Part shown: piece by piece, positions 12,131 through 28,739 of the stretch
How positions within the stretch are numbered: the stretch's first letter is position 1
Layout: the number at the start of each line of letters is the position of its first letter
Assembly: GCA_951406725.2 (NCBI GenBank)
Contig: OX597832.1
Coordinates: forward strand, 25,668,001-25,732,000
Reading direction: 5' to 3'
Length of the DNA: 64,000 bases
Source: Octopus vulgaris
Taxonomy: Eukaryota
The notes under the pieces: generated by a model
Database searches by the model: none
Told to the model about the DNA's origin: nothing
What the model saw: the letters and a program-made list of their open reading frames with translations, nothing else
Made by a program: the position numbers and the translations under genes

Positions 12131-12884
12131 AGACACGTGCCTATATACGTATATGTGTCTGTCTGTATGTATGTGTGTATGTATGTATATACGCTATATA
12201 TTTCTCTGCGTGTATATTGTGGTTTTCTGAAACACAAAGGAGTACTCAATACATAGCCGTAATGATGATAGATGTTCGTACACCATTTTCATACGCAAAA
12301 TTTTGGCGTAGGTTGATAATCAACTTTTTTATCCCCTGCATTTGGCGATCCCGAGGGATAAAAATAATTGTTGCCGCCGCTGGGGGAAGAAATAATGAAA
12401 AATTGACTTCTATGGCATTAGATCTCATAAACTAATTTAAAAACAGAGAATGTTTTTGTGGGACACTCTATCGATCCCGCTAATACAACACAATTTCTTA
12501 TTGTAAGAATTCTTTCAAAATTTGACGCAATGTCAGCAATTCTGTGAGGAGTCATCATAATCAATTACGTTGACCTTAGTACTTACCTGGTACCGTATTT
12601 TATCGACCTCAAAAGAATATAAGACTAAGTTGATCATAGCCGGATTTGAACTCAGAACGTATACGAAAACTACAAGGTATTTGTTTCCAACGCCCTAACA
12701 ACACTACCGGCCCAAAACACCTGAGGTGCTGTTCGGTTTTTAATATTAAGTACGTGGAGTTCTGTTGCTGGACCAGGAGGCGTGTTGTATTCTTCAGCAA
12801 GGCACATTATTTCTCGCTACTCCAGTCTGTTCGGCTGTAAATAAGAACCAGTCACCTAGCTGCAACACATAAAAGAATAAAAGA

Positions 12885-13033
<149 letters not shown>

Positions 13034-13136
13034 GAAAAAAACACCTTTTATCAATTCAAAACGAATAATTAAATTACACCATCTAGAAAATGACATATAA
13101 TAGAAAAGTTAAAATTAAAATAACAATTAAAAAGTA

Positions 13137-13210
13137 AAGATTAAGTAAATTACAAGAATAATGTAATGTAATTATATACATTACATTATTCTTGTAATTT
13201 ACTTAATCTT
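13137..13210. repeat. Fold-back hairpin (~34 bp arms)
   Basis: aagattaagtaaattacaagaataatgtaatgta / tacattacattattcttgtaatttacttaatctt. Confidence 0.9.
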
Positions 13211-13280
13211 ATGTGCGTGTATATATATATATATACATATATAGTGAGAAAAACGGGGAAGAGATATACATACATACACG

Positions 13281-13339
<59 letters not shown>

Positions 13340-13785
13340 GTGTGAGAAGATATCCGCGAATGAACGTATATGTACTTGTATGTATATGCATTTACATGTA
13401 TCTATATACCTGTGTAGATCACCAGCGAACTATGTGTAAGGGCCATCCATATTTATCCGAGGAGAGAACATTACTGAAAATTCACTTCAGTTCTTGATGC
13501 TAATTTCGACAATAGATATTTCGACGCGTTAGCTGCCACGGCTTTTGACACAACTTACGCACAAATATGCATATATGCATATCAATATATACTCCATTAT
13601 ATGCACATTAATTATATGCACATCAATGTGCAGAAGTATATTCGTAAATAAAGTATCGTATGATTTCACGTCTACTCTAGATTTGCCAAAAAATTCTAAT
13701 ATATCCCACTTGGTATGAAATTCTTTGGTTGTGAGAAATGAGGAACACCAACCTGGAAAGACTGTATGTGTATTCACACACACAA

Positions 13786-13898
<113 letters not shown>

Positions 13899-13970
13899 TA
13901 TATAGGTATATATGTATATATATATATGTATATGTATATATTTACATATATAGGTATATAGGTATGTAAG

Positions 13971-14013
<43 letters not shown>

Positions 14014-14026
14014 ATGTATATATATA

Positions 14027-14122
<96 letters not shown>

Positions 14123-14710
14123 AATACATATACAGGTATATAGGTATGTATATATATAAACATACATATATATACATCTGATTGTTGTCTACACCACCTG
14201 TCTTTGTCTTTTGTTTTGTTTTTTGTTTTTGTGAATTCTTCCCCCCTATACATACATACAGATACGTATGCATTGGTTTACGGATAGCTTTCTGATTTAT
14301 TTATGTGTGGGAACGACAAGTGCGTATCCAGCCAGATGTTGAGTGACAACGTGCATGCATAAATGCATACGTTCTCGTTCTGCTGACATTTGCATTCAGC
14401 TGCATCTACTCACACATCTACAGAGAGTATACGCGCACGTATATAGGAGTGAATATAGACTTGTGCCTATGCGTATATAGGATATATATATTTATGTGTG
14501 TCTGTAAGTGTGCGTGCGTGTATGTGTGCGTGGATGGATTTATAAATAAGCATGCGTGTATTTATATGCATTAGATTTGTATACATATATATGTATATGT
14601 ATCTAAACATACTAATATATACGCTTTTATATACATATGTGTGTGTGTGTGTTTATATATATTCGTATATATAACTGAAGATACAGATTGGTATATATAC
14701 GTATATATTT

Positions 14711-14711
<1 letters not shown>

Positions 14712-14774
<63 letters not shown>

Positions 14775-14793
14775 CGACGATGATGATGATGAC

Positions 14794-14834
<41 letters not shown>

Positions 14835-14835
14835 C

Positions 14836-14880
<45 letters not shown>

Positions 14881-14911
14881 AATGATGAGGATGATGATTA
14901 TGATGATGATA

Positions 14912-14950
<39 letters not shown>
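14712..14950. repeat. (GAT)n microsatellite
   Basis: Long ATG/GAT run with scattered GAC/AAT variants; source of the poly-H/D/M ORFs. Confidence 0.97.
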
Positions 14951-15046
14951 CAACTGGTACTTAATTTATCGACCCCCGAATGGATGAAAGGCAAAGTCGA
15001 CCTCGGCGGAAAAATAATAAGAATGATTATATATATATATGTGTGT

Positions 15047-15104
<58 letters not shown>

Positions 15105-15165
15105 ATGGATAGTGGATAGTGAGATCGACTAAGTAAAAGATGACAGACAGACAGACAGATAGATT

Positions 15166-15238
<73 letters not shown>

Positions 15239-15607
15239 ATAGATTTATAGAAAGATAGACTCGTGCATGCGTTCTTTGGTTGTTTAATCGAACGCACGTT
15301 TGGCCAATTTCTTGACTGTCAAATTTTAGATTAGATATCTTCCCCCCCCCCACCGCTATTTCAAGGCGAATCCTTCAAAATTTCATCGCGCAATCTTTTT
15401 TCTTCCCCCTCCACACCATACTCTCTTGCCCTTGAACACTGAAACACACACATATACGTATACACCGAAACACACACACACTGCGTTTCTCCGTCACACG
15501 CCCCACATTAGAAAGTTAGAACATAAAACGGGAACATGAATAACAACGGCCAAGTTTGGAACAAAACCAAGATAGCACTTACTTATTTTATTAATTTTTT
15601 TCTTCCT

Positions 15608-16283
<676 letters not shown>

Positions 16284-16505
16284 ACGTTATTTTTTGAAAT
16301 TTTTTTCTGAAGAAAAAGAAAAAAATATCTCTAAAGCATTGAACCTGTAAAAATAAACCCGCAAAAATAGAATAATAGAATTATGTAAATCAGGCGATTT
16401 CTAAAATAGAGAATGACAAACGAAAATCAAACAAAACGTTCAAAACTAAAGACGTCAAATAGTTAAGTGGAAGTCAATCTGCTAAAAAAAAGTATACATA
16501 TATAC

Positions 16506-16557
<52 letters not shown>

Positions 16558-16835
16558 ATTTATGGGTGTTTGTGCGTGTGTGTTTGTTGGCGTAGGTACG
16601 CGCATATGTATGTGGATGTATATAAATATGTATATATGTATGTATACATATATGTTTTTTGGTATGTGTATATTTGTACTTATGGATATAAATATATACA
16701 CGCATATACATACACGGATATATATGCATATATATATATATATATATATACAAAAACACATACACAGATATATATATAAATACATATATATATACATATA
16801 TACATACATATTTATACATATATATATATATATAA

Positions 16836-16882
<47 letters not shown>

Positions 16883-17397
16883 ACATACATACAGGAATGA
16901 AGAAGGATTGTAGAAGAGAGTAATACCGTATGGTATTTAATTTTCAGTTTAGCTGCCTTCAAAGTTCTGCCCTGCAGAATAAAGATGTTGTATTATAATG
17001 CGCGCTGTGGTAGTTAATATAGAATTGGTTTCAGGCAACAGGAGCAAGAAGGGGAAAATAAAGAAAGAAATAAGATACAAAATGTTGTAAAGATTTTATA
17101 ATTGATAGATACAAGACAGGAAAATAAGACATCTTATGTAACTCAGCAAACGATGGTATATATAATTAGACACACACACATATATATATGTATATATGTA
17201 TGTACGTATGCATAATTATATATACTTACTCACACGCACGCACATATATAGATATATGTGTGTATGTATCATTTAATATACGTGTGTGTTTAAATAAATA
17301 TATTTACATATATATGTGTGTGCATGTATGTGTATGTCAGAGCAATATATTCGTAGGTATACATATTTATAAATATATATGTATATACATACATTCA

Positions 17398-17435
<38 letters not shown>

Positions 17436-17680
17436 TATATATTCATGTATGTATGTATGTATGTATGTATGTATGTATGTATGTATGTATGTATGTATGT
17501 ATTTATGTATGCACGTACACACACATATGTGTATTTACTGGGGAAAGACAGACAACACATTTGTACAAATTTAGATATAGATCAATAGATAAGGGTATAG
17601 CAAGACAGACGGGCAGATAAATAAATAGATCAATAGATGGATAGATAGATAGATAGATAGATAGAAAGATAGATAGATAT

Positions 17681-17776
<96 letters not shown>

Positions 17777-18541
17777 ATAGGCAGTCAGACTGAAAGATAG
17801 GTAGATTGAGAGATAGACAAAAAACAAGAAAGCTATTCTCGTTGACCTGTAGTAAAATTCAGCTACACGTTCACTTGAATATGAAATCGATACTAAATAA
17901 CTAAGGCATTGCTAGTTGTGAATTCAGGCTATTGGGATGCACAGAGAGATTATATAATCAAGGGCACAACCTTATTCGGATATAAAGCAGAGGCCACCTC
18001 AACTTTGTTGTATCAAGCAGTGGTAAAAATGCGATATATAGGCATAGTGGAGGGCCGGTTTAAGGAAGATTCTACAGAATGTGAAAGAAAAACCTTTCAC
18101 TTTTGTTTCGATGCATATAATACATGTTGGTAACGATGTCTTCATCTAACAACTATTTCACCGTTTCTCTTACCATGAAATGCTTTTAGGGTTAGGTTTA
18201 GGGTTACGGTTAGCGTTAGCGTTTCTTCGTTTTCAACGTTATTAGATGATAACATGTTTGAAGACTTTTGTTGCATCCTGTATCGCCATTTGTAATTATT
18301 CAAACATCCAATTCGCTCTGCTTCCTACATCTATTTATCTCTTCCCGCTTTTCTCTTTATATGTCTCCCTCTCCTTGTACGGCCCATCTCTCTCCTCTTC
18401 ACACACATTATCTCAGACACAAAATGGCTCTGTTCAAACTCGGATAATATAGCTTCCGCCTAGCGTACAATGGCCAACATACGTTCATTATAACAACGAC
18501 AAAGAAGGAACGTGTATGTAGATACATAGATAGACAGCTAG

Positions 18542-18588
<47 letters not shown>

Positions 18589-18660
18589 AATAAATACAAA
18601 CACACACATATATACGTACATACACCATCCGAATTTCTGGGTACCGAATTTCTGCTAACA

Positions 18661-18709
<49 letters not shown>

Positions 18710-18751
18710 GTATGTATATATATATATATATACATACATATATATATATAC

Positions 18752-18796
<45 letters not shown>

Positions 18797-18812
18797 CACA
18801 CATATATATATG

Positions 18813-18898
<86 letters not shown>

Positions 18899-18929
18899 CA
18901 TATATATGTATATATATACATATACATAT

Positions 18930-18992
<63 letters not shown>

Positions 18993-19043
18993 CATACATA
19001 TATATGTATATATATATATACATATACATATATACACACACAC

Positions 19044-19103
<60 letters not shown>

Positions 19104-19427
19104 CACACATATATATATAAAAGGAAATTAAATTTCCCCGGACTAAGGTAAATTTCCATTGCCTTTTGCTGGTGTATCACTTTATCGTGTGGATAAAGTC
19201 TTATTTGATTTCTTTAGTACTTTTGGTTTGAGGAGTTGTTGAGTTCTACTAAATATCATAATGAAATTATAGACATTTCAGAATTCTGGAGAAAAGTGCG
19301 ATTCGTAGAAGAATTAATTGTTAAGAATAATGGTGAGGAATTGTTTCTTGGAAACAGAAGCAAAGACTATTTACCAAATCGTAAGAATAAGACATTAGAT
19401 TTGCGGCAGCACTTTCAACGCCTGTAC

Positions 19428-19458
<31 letters not shown>

Positions 19459-19603
19459 TATATATACACACACACAGTGTTGGTCAAAAGTCAGGTACGA
19501 AATAAGCCCCGGAACTGCCAAAGAAATGCTAGAATATTTTTAAAATTGAATAAAATAAATGAATTGAAGAATACACACGTACACGTTCATAATGAACAGC
19601 TTC

Positions 19604-19635
<32 letters not shown>

Positions 19636-19645
19636 TAACAACAAC

Positions 19646-19725
<80 letters not shown>

Positions 19726-19772
19726 TAACAATAATAACAATAACAATAACAATAATAATAATAATAATAATG

Positions 19773-19827
<55 letters not shown>

Positions 19828-20049
19828 TAATAATGGTTTCAAACTTTGCCACTACTACAGCAATTTTGGGACGAGGGGTGAGTCGATTAAATCGACCCCA
19901 GCGTTCAACTGGTACTAATTAAAAACGTCAAATATTTTGGTGTGTGAATTTCCGCCCACAACGCATATGTATGTACGTATGTACGTATGTGTGTATTTAT
20001 GTATGTATGTATGTATGTATGTACGTACGTATGTATGTATGTATGTATG

Positions 20050-20080
<31 letters not shown>

Positions 20081-20501
20081 GTGCCTTGTTCCTACTTTTT
20101 AGTGAATAGCAATCGCTTTTATGTACCTAACAAGCAATTCCTCAGCATTATTATTCACAAGTAGTTCTTCTGTGAGTTACAATGTTCTGAAGAGTTCTGA
20201 AAAAGATATCTGTAATTTCATTAGGAAAGCTCTGTAGTCATCAAGAACAGGAAGAACCAGAAGTACCAAAACCACTGAAATAACGAAAAAATTGCAAATA
20301 ACAATACAATAAATGAATTACGAGAGAATGATTAAAATTCGCCTCAGCCCCACGGAGATTTCTTATCAAAACTATAATGAAATTATTAAACGCCATTTTC
20401 GACTTCTGCAAAAATTAATGTGTCACAGGATACTAGTTGTAACTTTGCTGCACTTTGAATTTCTCGGTTCATACTCGCGTTGGAAAGTGCCGTCTTGCCT
20501 T

Positions 20502-20557
<56 letters not shown>

Positions 20558-20603
20558 CAATAATAAATCTCTGAACGAGGTATAAACAGTAACTGCACGA
20601 CAA

Positions 20604-20784
20604 TGTGAGGTATACTTGCCATCTCAATATGGCTAACCACTAAGGATGGGTGTTACTGTAGCTTGTAGCCCCAGGAGAACATCGTCTCCAAGCCAGCTGG
20701 AGACGATGTTCTCCTGGGGCTACAAGCTACAGTAACACCCATCCTTAGTGGTTAGCCATATTAAGAGGGCAAGTATACCTCACA
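20604..20784. repeat. Fold-back hairpin (~88 bp arms) next to (TA)n
   Basis: atatggctaaccactaaggatgggtgttactgtagcttgtagccccaggagaacatcgtctcca / tggagacgatgttctcctggggctacaagc..ggttagccatat. Confidence 0.95.
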
Positions 20785-21214
20785 CATATATATATATATA
20801 TATATACATACATACATACATACATGCATACATACCAACAATACATACATGCATGCATACATACATACATACATACATACAAACACACAAACATACAAAC
20901 ACACAAACATACATAAATACATACATACATTCATATATACATACATACATACATACATACATACATACATACATACATACATACATACATACATACATAC
21001 ATACATACATACATACATACAAACATACATACACACATATGTTCATTCCATCCCTTGTCATTTGAAGAAACTGGTTGACAACAACAGTGTTTAAGTTGAA
21101 ATATGAAGATTTCAACGTGTATCATTTGTTTCAATGAATTTGTAAAAGGAATATGGATTTTATTACCAATTTTCAATGCTTACTTTCACCCACCCTGTAT
21201 ATGAAATTTTAAAT

Positions 21215-21292
21215 TGAGATCACAGACCCCCGACCAATACTGCTTTTACGGATCACCAGGGTTCCGCAGACCCCTTGGCTGGGAGCCACTGC
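21215..21292 (-). mobile_element. Possible hAT-type MITE terminus
   Basis: Minus strand CAGTGGCTCCCAGCCAAGGGGTCTGCGGAACCC resembles Charlie/hAT CAGTGGTTCTCAA-type ends. Only one end was seen. Confidence 0.35.
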
Positions 21293-21411
21293 TCCAGAGG
21301 GTTAACAGCAATTACAAAGACATACGAAGTACACCTCGGTGAAGTTTGAACTCCGAGCGTAAAGATATTGCAGCAACGCCATTAAGCATTTTGTTCAAAA
21401 GATATATGTGT

Positions 21412-21813
21412 GTGTTTTACTTGTTTCAGTCATTTGACTGCGGCCATGCTGGAACACCGCCTTTAGTCGAGCAACTCGACCCCGGGACTTATTCTTTTTA
21501 TAAGCCCAGTACTTATTCTATCGGTCTCTTTTACCGAACTGCTAAGTTTCGGGGACGTAAACACACCAGCATCGGTTGTCAAGCAATGCTAGGAGAACAA
21601 ACACAGACACAAAAACATATACACACACATACATATATATATACATATATACGACAGGCTTCTTTCAGTTTCCGTCTACCAAATCCACTCACAAGGCATT
21701 GGTTGGCCCGGGGCTATAGCAGAAGACACTTGCCCGAGATGCAAAGCAGTGGGATTGAACCCGGAACCATGTGGTTGGTAAGCAAGCTACTTACCACACA
21801 GCCACTCCTGCGC
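21412..21813 (-). mobile_element. SINE family B, full length
   Basis: Minus-strand head GGCGCAGGAGTGGCTGTGTGGTAAG..GGGTTCAATCCC (A and B boxes), then the family body and tail. Confidence 0.9.
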
Positions 21814-21918
21814 CTGTGTGTGTATATGTGTGTGTGTGTGTGAGGGAGACAGAAAGATAGAGAGGAGTGGCGTGTGTGTGAGTGTGTATGTACGGAGTAA
21901 AGGTCAACGCCACTTAAA

Positions 21919-22017
21919 CATGGATTTTCTGTAGAAACCGACGTTCCTACCATTTTAACTCCAGGAACCTCCTGCGGTTAAAACAGTGGCAACGTCGGTT
22001 CCTATGAAACAGCCATG
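21919..22017. repeat. Imperfect (older) fold-back hairpin
   Basis: catgg..tagaaaccgacgtt..ttttaactccagga / tcctgcggttaaaa..aacgtcggttccta..ccatg. Confidence 0.7.
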
Positions 22018-22326
22018 GTACGATAACCATTACTTCTCTGTAAAGTTACTGTTTTCATCTCTTATAGAGATTTTTCTGACAATCTATATGTGTGTATATA
22101 TATGTATATATATACGTATGTATGTATGTATATAAATATTTATGTATTTATGTACGGATGTATGAATGTGAAGTGGGTATCGGATTCCATTTTTATAATG
22201 TAAATCGAACCATTTGTTATTTAAAGCGCTTATCGTTGGATCAAATGTAATCTCATATATATATATATATACACACATATATATATACGCACACAAATAT
22301 ATATACATATATATATATATGCACAC

Positions 22327-22379
<53 letters not shown>

Positions 22380-22590
22380 AATATATATATATACATACAA
22401 GCATTTATATGTTTATATATATGTATGTATATATGTGTGTATACGTATATTTATATATATATATATATGTGTGTGTGTTTCTATCTATCTATCTATCTAT
22501 CTCTATATCTCTTTGTCTCTCTCTCTCTATATATATATATTAAGAGGCATGTATATATATAAACATATATATATATGCATGTATGTATGC

Positions 22591-22634
<44 letters not shown>

Positions 22635-22751
22635 GTGCGTGTGTGTATGTGTTTATGTATTTAAGTATGTATATATGTATATATATATAACGACAGATCA
22701 AATACTCAATGGAAGGTTGCATTTCATTATCTTTTTCCTATAATAAAACTC

Positions 22752-22785
<34 letters not shown>

Positions 22786-22931
22786 CAATATTACAACTAA
22801 GCGGCCATGACCAACACCCCTACATCCCCACTTCAACTTCACTCCGTCACCATTGCTACCATCCACGCTCAATGCTATTAGCAGCTTCTATCTTTCTCCC
22901 ATTATCAGTACGTGAAGTGACGCTCCACCCC

Positions 22932-22967
<36 letters not shown>

Positions 22968-23014
22968 ATATCTATCTATCTATCTATCTATCAATCTATC
23001 TATCTACCTATCTA

Positions 23015-23045
<31 letters not shown>

Positions 23046-23157
23046 ATCTATCTATCTATCTATCTACCTATATATATATATCTATCTATCTGTCTGTCTG
23101 TCTGTCTCTGTCTGTCTGACTCTCTGTCTGTCTATCTATCTATCTATCTATATACAT

Positions 23158-23252
<95 letters not shown>

Positions 23253-23627
23253 TATTCATACACACATATACAAACTCACACAACACATATATATATGTAT
23301 ATATATATATATATATGTATGTATATATATGTATATATAAGAACGGTGAATACTTTTTGGGACTGTAGTCGATGTAATGGTTATCGCTCAACGAAATATA
23401 AGCGTAGGAATAATATATCTAAAAGAGTCACCATCGACATCATCATCACCACCACCACCACCACTATCAGCAGCTGTAGCAGTCGTATCTACATCATCAT
23501 CATCAAATTCAATATCATTATTAAATTTATCATCATCATCATTATCATCATCACCATCACCATCATCACCATCATCATCATCATCATCATCAACATCATC
23601 ATCATCAACATCATCATCATCATCACC

Positions 23628-23659
<32 letters not shown>

Positions 23660-23716
23660 CATCATCACCATCACCATCACCATCATCATCACCATCACCA
23701 TCACCATCATCATCAC

Positions 23717-23769
<53 letters not shown>

Positions 23770-24281
23770 ACATCATCATCATCATCATCATCATTACCAT
23801 CACCATCACTCTCACACCACGAACATCACCGCGGCCACCTTCACCGTTATTATGCTCATCGTCATCATCAGCATCATCATCATTGAGGCAACTCGCTGGC
23901 AGAATCTTTTAGAGCGTCAGTGGAAAAAAAAAACAAAAAAAATTCTGTATGGCAGCCATTTTCTTTCGGTCCATTAACTTGTAAGTGTCGATAACGACCA
24001 GGTCAGCTTTACGCTTCATCCAGTTTTGTATTTCCTGAAATAAAAGTACGAATTCAACACCAGGCTAGATGTACTCGAATAACCCCTACTCCCCCTAATT
24101 TTACGGACGTTGTGCCAAATTTTGAAACCATAATTACGATTATTATTATATTCTTTATTATTATTATTGGCGGAATCGTTAGCACACGGGATCGATAAAT
24201 TAAGTATCAGTGAAACACTGCGATCATTCTGATCGACTTATCCCCCGCAACAAAACTTGCCCCTGTGGCAAAATCTGAGGC

Positions 24282-24401
<120 letters not shown>

Positions 24402-24412
24402 TCAGCAGCAGC

Positions 24413-24495
<83 letters not shown>

Positions 24496-24536
24496 CAGCA
24501 GCAGCAGCAGTAGTAGCAGCAGCAGCAGTAGTTGTT

Positions 24537-24587
<51 letters not shown>

Positions 24588-25050
24588 ATATTGAGTGAGA
24601 GAGCAGTGCATGCCATCAAAGTGACACGGGTAAAATATACGAAGCCCAGTATAACCATCATGACTTCTCGTCTGGTAAGGGTACACCAGGCACATGCATC
24701 ACAACCATATGTGCGCGACATGGTGATCTCATATCAAGATAAACAGCGCATGACCTTGCAGGTGGGGCCCAGTTAGAATTTTGTTCTGGTCGAGTAGTCC
24801 ATCCCGCTCTAAAGGTCCCTGAATAAGGAGTTGTTTAAGAATGATGAACAAAACAGCCGTGTTTCTAGAGGTGAATTGTCCAAACCCCAAAGAAATCCTT
24901 TCAACACATGGCTATGATGTACCCCCACTACTTCTGCTCGTGATCAGAGATGCACACATCGTCGGCCACTAAGGGACATGGTCAACTGCTTAAGGTCAAG
25001 CAACTGACAAGTAAATCTGTGGTATTGAGCAGAATACTGGCTGTAGCCCT
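24588..25050 (-). mobile_element. Interspersed repeat family D (probable retroelement 3' end with AAT/ACT tail)
   Basis: About 460 bp homologous to 63518-64000. Short terminal fragments in the opposite orientation at 50886-50925 and ~51230-51262. The end ..GCTCTCTCACTCAAT abuts trinucleotide repeats. Confidence 0.8.
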
Positions 25051-25412
25051 ATTATTATCATCGTTGTTGTTGTTGTAGTCGCTGTATTTGCTGTTGTTGT
25101 TGTTATTATTAACTTTATAATATAAAATTGGTCTCATCGAGGAATTAAGGACGTCAGTCATAGAGAACTGTTATTCTCTGTAACATAATCGAAGAAATAT
25201 TTCGGTGGTTAACAAGCTCGCATGACATCTACGTGGCTTTGGGTTCATTCCTACAGCCTAGCACCTTCTACTATAGCCCTGAGCCGAGCAATGCCTTGTG
25301 AGTGAAATTAGTAAACGGGAAAAACTGTGTGGATGTGTGTGTCTTTGTGTCAGTGTTTGTTATTTGTTCGCCACGCCGCTTGACAACCATATCCTCAGCC
25401 CCCCCCCCATGT

Positions 25413-25953
25413 TTAACCCTTTAGCATTTAAATTAGCTATATTATCAAGCCAAAATATTCTGCCCGCGTTGTCTTCGAACTGAACAGATCCGGACTCTCA
25501 CACCTACCGTAAAACGTCATTCTAACAATCACATCATCGATATCTCAAAGCTGTGAGAAACTTCATGAGCAATTCAAAATCCCGTGATCCACCTGACTAT
25601 TGGGCGTTGTTATACATCGCTGGTCACATTGCGTTTTGAATCGCTTTAGCTCTCCAATGATGCCACCCGGTTGGCCAGGCGAGCAGGCCAACGTTTTCCC
25701 CCCTGATCAGAAGGCTAACTCGTCGGAAGAGTTACCCATGTGCAGTTGAATGGCCGGAATAACGTAAAATGATGCGTTTTTGCTCAGGAACAAAATGCAC
25801 CGCCCGGTTCGAGAAACGAACCTGCGTTCACTAGGCTGTGAGAGCAACACCCCTAACCACTAGCCACTAGCCCACACGCATTCACTAATTCAAACTCCTG
25901 TAAATAAATAAGTAGTATATTTGACAAAGTAATCTGGATGCGAATTGTTTTAA
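25413..25953. mobile_element. Possible piggyBac-type MITE interrupted by a minus-strand SINE (~25590-25875)
   Basis: Left end TTAA-CCCTTTAGCATT; right end degenerate. Internal ttgctcaggaacaaaatgcac..ccctaaccactagcc is a SINE head. Confidence 0.35.
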
Positions 25954-26599
25954 AACGATGGGGTTTCGTTTGAAGTTCGTTGCTAATTTGATTCCAGCAA
26001 CCTCAACAACGGCTGCATTTTTATCTTCTTTTCCCCTCTTTCTTTGTCCTCTTACTTTTTACTTTCCTTTTTTTATTTTTAATAATATTCATGTTTGAAT
26101 ATTTGATTGTTTGTTTGTTTTCTTTTCGTTTGTTCGTTTTTTTGTTTTGATTCCTGCTAGCAAACACACATACCTTCCACCTGATACAACTAATAAATTC
26201 TTCCAATGTTTTCCCGCTGTGATTCCAAGATACTTTTCGGCATTTTCGTTTATTCCACCAAACGTCCTTCAATCACTCCCCACCTACACAAACTCTCTCT
26301 CTCTCTCCCAATTCTACTCTCCTTTTCTCGTCCTTTATCTCCTTTCTCTCCATCATTCGCTGCTAATAAGTTAACAACTGAACAAATGAATAGCCTTAAA
26401 GATTTACAGTTCGCAGTTGTCTAAATTATTTCTTTTAGTGGCTACAAAGTGGCCAACACGTCGAGGACAAAATAAGGAGACAATTAAATATAAACCAGTC
26501 TTGTCCTCTCACCGCCAACAACACCATCATGATCATCATTATCATCATTATCAACACCATCGTCATCATCATCGTTGTCGTCGTCATTATCATCATTAT

Positions 26600-28140
26600 A
26601 TTCTCATTCAGAAATGGGCTGAGAGGAAATTATCCCTGGGAAGTCGGGCAGAGGTGGCGAATATTCACATTGCCCCTTTGATAACTTACCGCCTGGCCGT
26701 TGTATACTGCTCCAGTTCACGTTTGGATAAACTTGAAGGTTTAATTTTTCCGCTTCCTGTGGAAATGACCCGTTCCACTACGCCACTTACAGATTTTCCT
26801 GAGAGAATGAGCCGCTGTGGTCTCCGTTTGTGAGACACACCTTTCTGTGGCTCATCTCTTTGACGGAGTTGCAATCCTAGATGGAGAGAAGACCAAGGTT
26901 AGGCACCCGACATCTGGAATATCATCAGGTGTTCCGTGCCCTCTACAAGTCATGCAATGGGGTCGATTAAAGTTCTATAGAAATGGTGAACAAAAGCGAT
27001 GACGTTCACGAGAAACTCAAGGCATCCATGAGGATGAAATTGCTAGTTTGTTTCGGAGGACATTCGTTCCCTGCACAACTTACAGAAATTCCTGACCAGA
27101 CACTGCTGCGAAGGAACATTGCCAGTTCGATACAGACCCTATAAAAACTTTCAGGTGGGGACAGTTAAAGATGAGCGCTGGGCGATGTGGCCGTCCTGCA
27201 CTCGTTCGTGCAGTGTCCAGTCCAAGTATTAATGATTTATGGAGTTATGTCAATCATCTGTTATCGCCTGTGAGACGAATCCGACCGTAAGCTGAATCCA
27301 TCGTGAGGATCGCCCCACCATCAACGTTTAACAAGACGTCGTAGGGGGTGTTCCTCTGTCTAGTAACAATGTCGAAAGATACTGTGAGGTGGACGAGGCC
27401 GAAAGGATTGAGGGAAGACGCTTTTCTCTTCGGTCAAGCTCTAATCAGAAATATTAAATTTCTAAATATCTCATAGAGATATGTACGGTGGTAGAGCGAT
27501 AGAGTGGTTGTATACTGTCAACTTAACGTGACAGGGAATTACACCACCGCTGTTTAGCCCTAGGAAGCATCAACGCTTCCTGTGGGCCTTGACACATTGT
27601 CTGTGTCAAATATATAAGGACACAGAAAATGTGTCAAGGCCGACAGGAAGCGTCGATGCTTCCTAGGGCTAAACAGCAGTGGTGTAATTCCCTTACAGGA
27701 CTGTCACGTTAAGTTGACAGTATACAACCACTCCAAGCTCTAATCGTTTATTTTTAAAGTTCCACATGCAAAGGAAAGTGAGGACAGAGAGGGAAGTGCT
27801 GCCACCTGCTGAATTTGTGAAAAGATAGTTGACGGTGGCAAAAGTGTTTAGGGTGAATGACCCTACTCTAAGTATCTGCCTGTAGATTGGAAATCCTGAG
27901 ACAGGGCACGTATTTTTGGTGGTCAGGGTAAACTTGTATCGGTGGAGGTTCTTTGATTTGCCCTTGCTGGAGCTTCTCCTGTATCGAGAGAACTGCATCC
28001 ATCATGTTATCACATACTGTGTATATTGTGTAACCTTTTATCGGATTTCATCGTCTTTTACATTCTTCTCTCCATCCGTTGTGTAACTTCCCACACAAAT
28101 TGTCTGTCCTTGTGATGTCCTCTTATATATGCTCCTTTGG
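26600..28140 (+). mobile_element. Decayed L1/Tx1-clade LINE 3' portion
   Basis: IQKWAERKLSLGSRAEVANIHIAPLITYRL fits the W..R.LS..GR motif after L1/Tx1 RT. After the hairpin insert it resumes as FKFHMQRKVRTEREVLPPAEFVKR. Many frameshifts and stops. Confidence 0.7.
27492..27742. repeat. ~250 bp fold-back hairpin inserted in the LINE
   Basis: gagtggttgtatactgtcaacttaacgtgacag..tttagccctaggaagcatc / gatgcttcctagggctaaa..ctgtcacgttaagttgacagtatacaaccactc. Confidence 0.9.
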
Positions 28141-28151
28141 CTAATAACAGA

Positions 28152-28208
<57 letters not shown>

Positions 28209-28224
28209 TATTATTATTATTAGT

Positions 28225-28400
28225 GACAAAATGTTTAGCGACCAATCGTCCGTCTTTACGTTCTGAGTTCATATTCCGCCGAGGTCGACTTTGCTTTTCA
28301 TCCGTCCAGGGTCGATAAATTAAGTACCAGTTACGCACTGGGGTCGATGTAATCGACTTAATCCCTTCCTCCAAAGTTTGAGGCCTGGTGCTTCCAGTAG
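28225..28400 (+). mobile_element. SINE family A fragment
   Basis: ttctgagttcatattccgccgaggtcgactttgc..gtcgataaattaagtaccag. Confidence 0.8.
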
Positions 28401-28658
28401 AAAGGATTATTATTATTATTATTATTATTATTAATATTATTATTATTATTATTATTATTATCATTATTATTATTGCTGTTGTTGTTGTTGTTGTTTTTGT
28501 TGTTGTTTTTGCTGTTATTACTATTATTGATAAAAGCTTTATTGTCCCTCTTCATGTTTTGAGTTCAAATTCCGCCAAAGTCGACTTTTCCTTCCTTTCA
28601 TCCCTTCGGGACGTAATCGACTCGCTCACTTCACCAAAATATCAGGCCTTGTGTCCAT

Positions 28659-28739
<81 letters not shown>

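Noticed and set aside
18185-18222. Telomere-like TTAGGG variants
   Set aside because: Only about six degenerate units. It is more likely part of a decayed repeat than a fusion scar.
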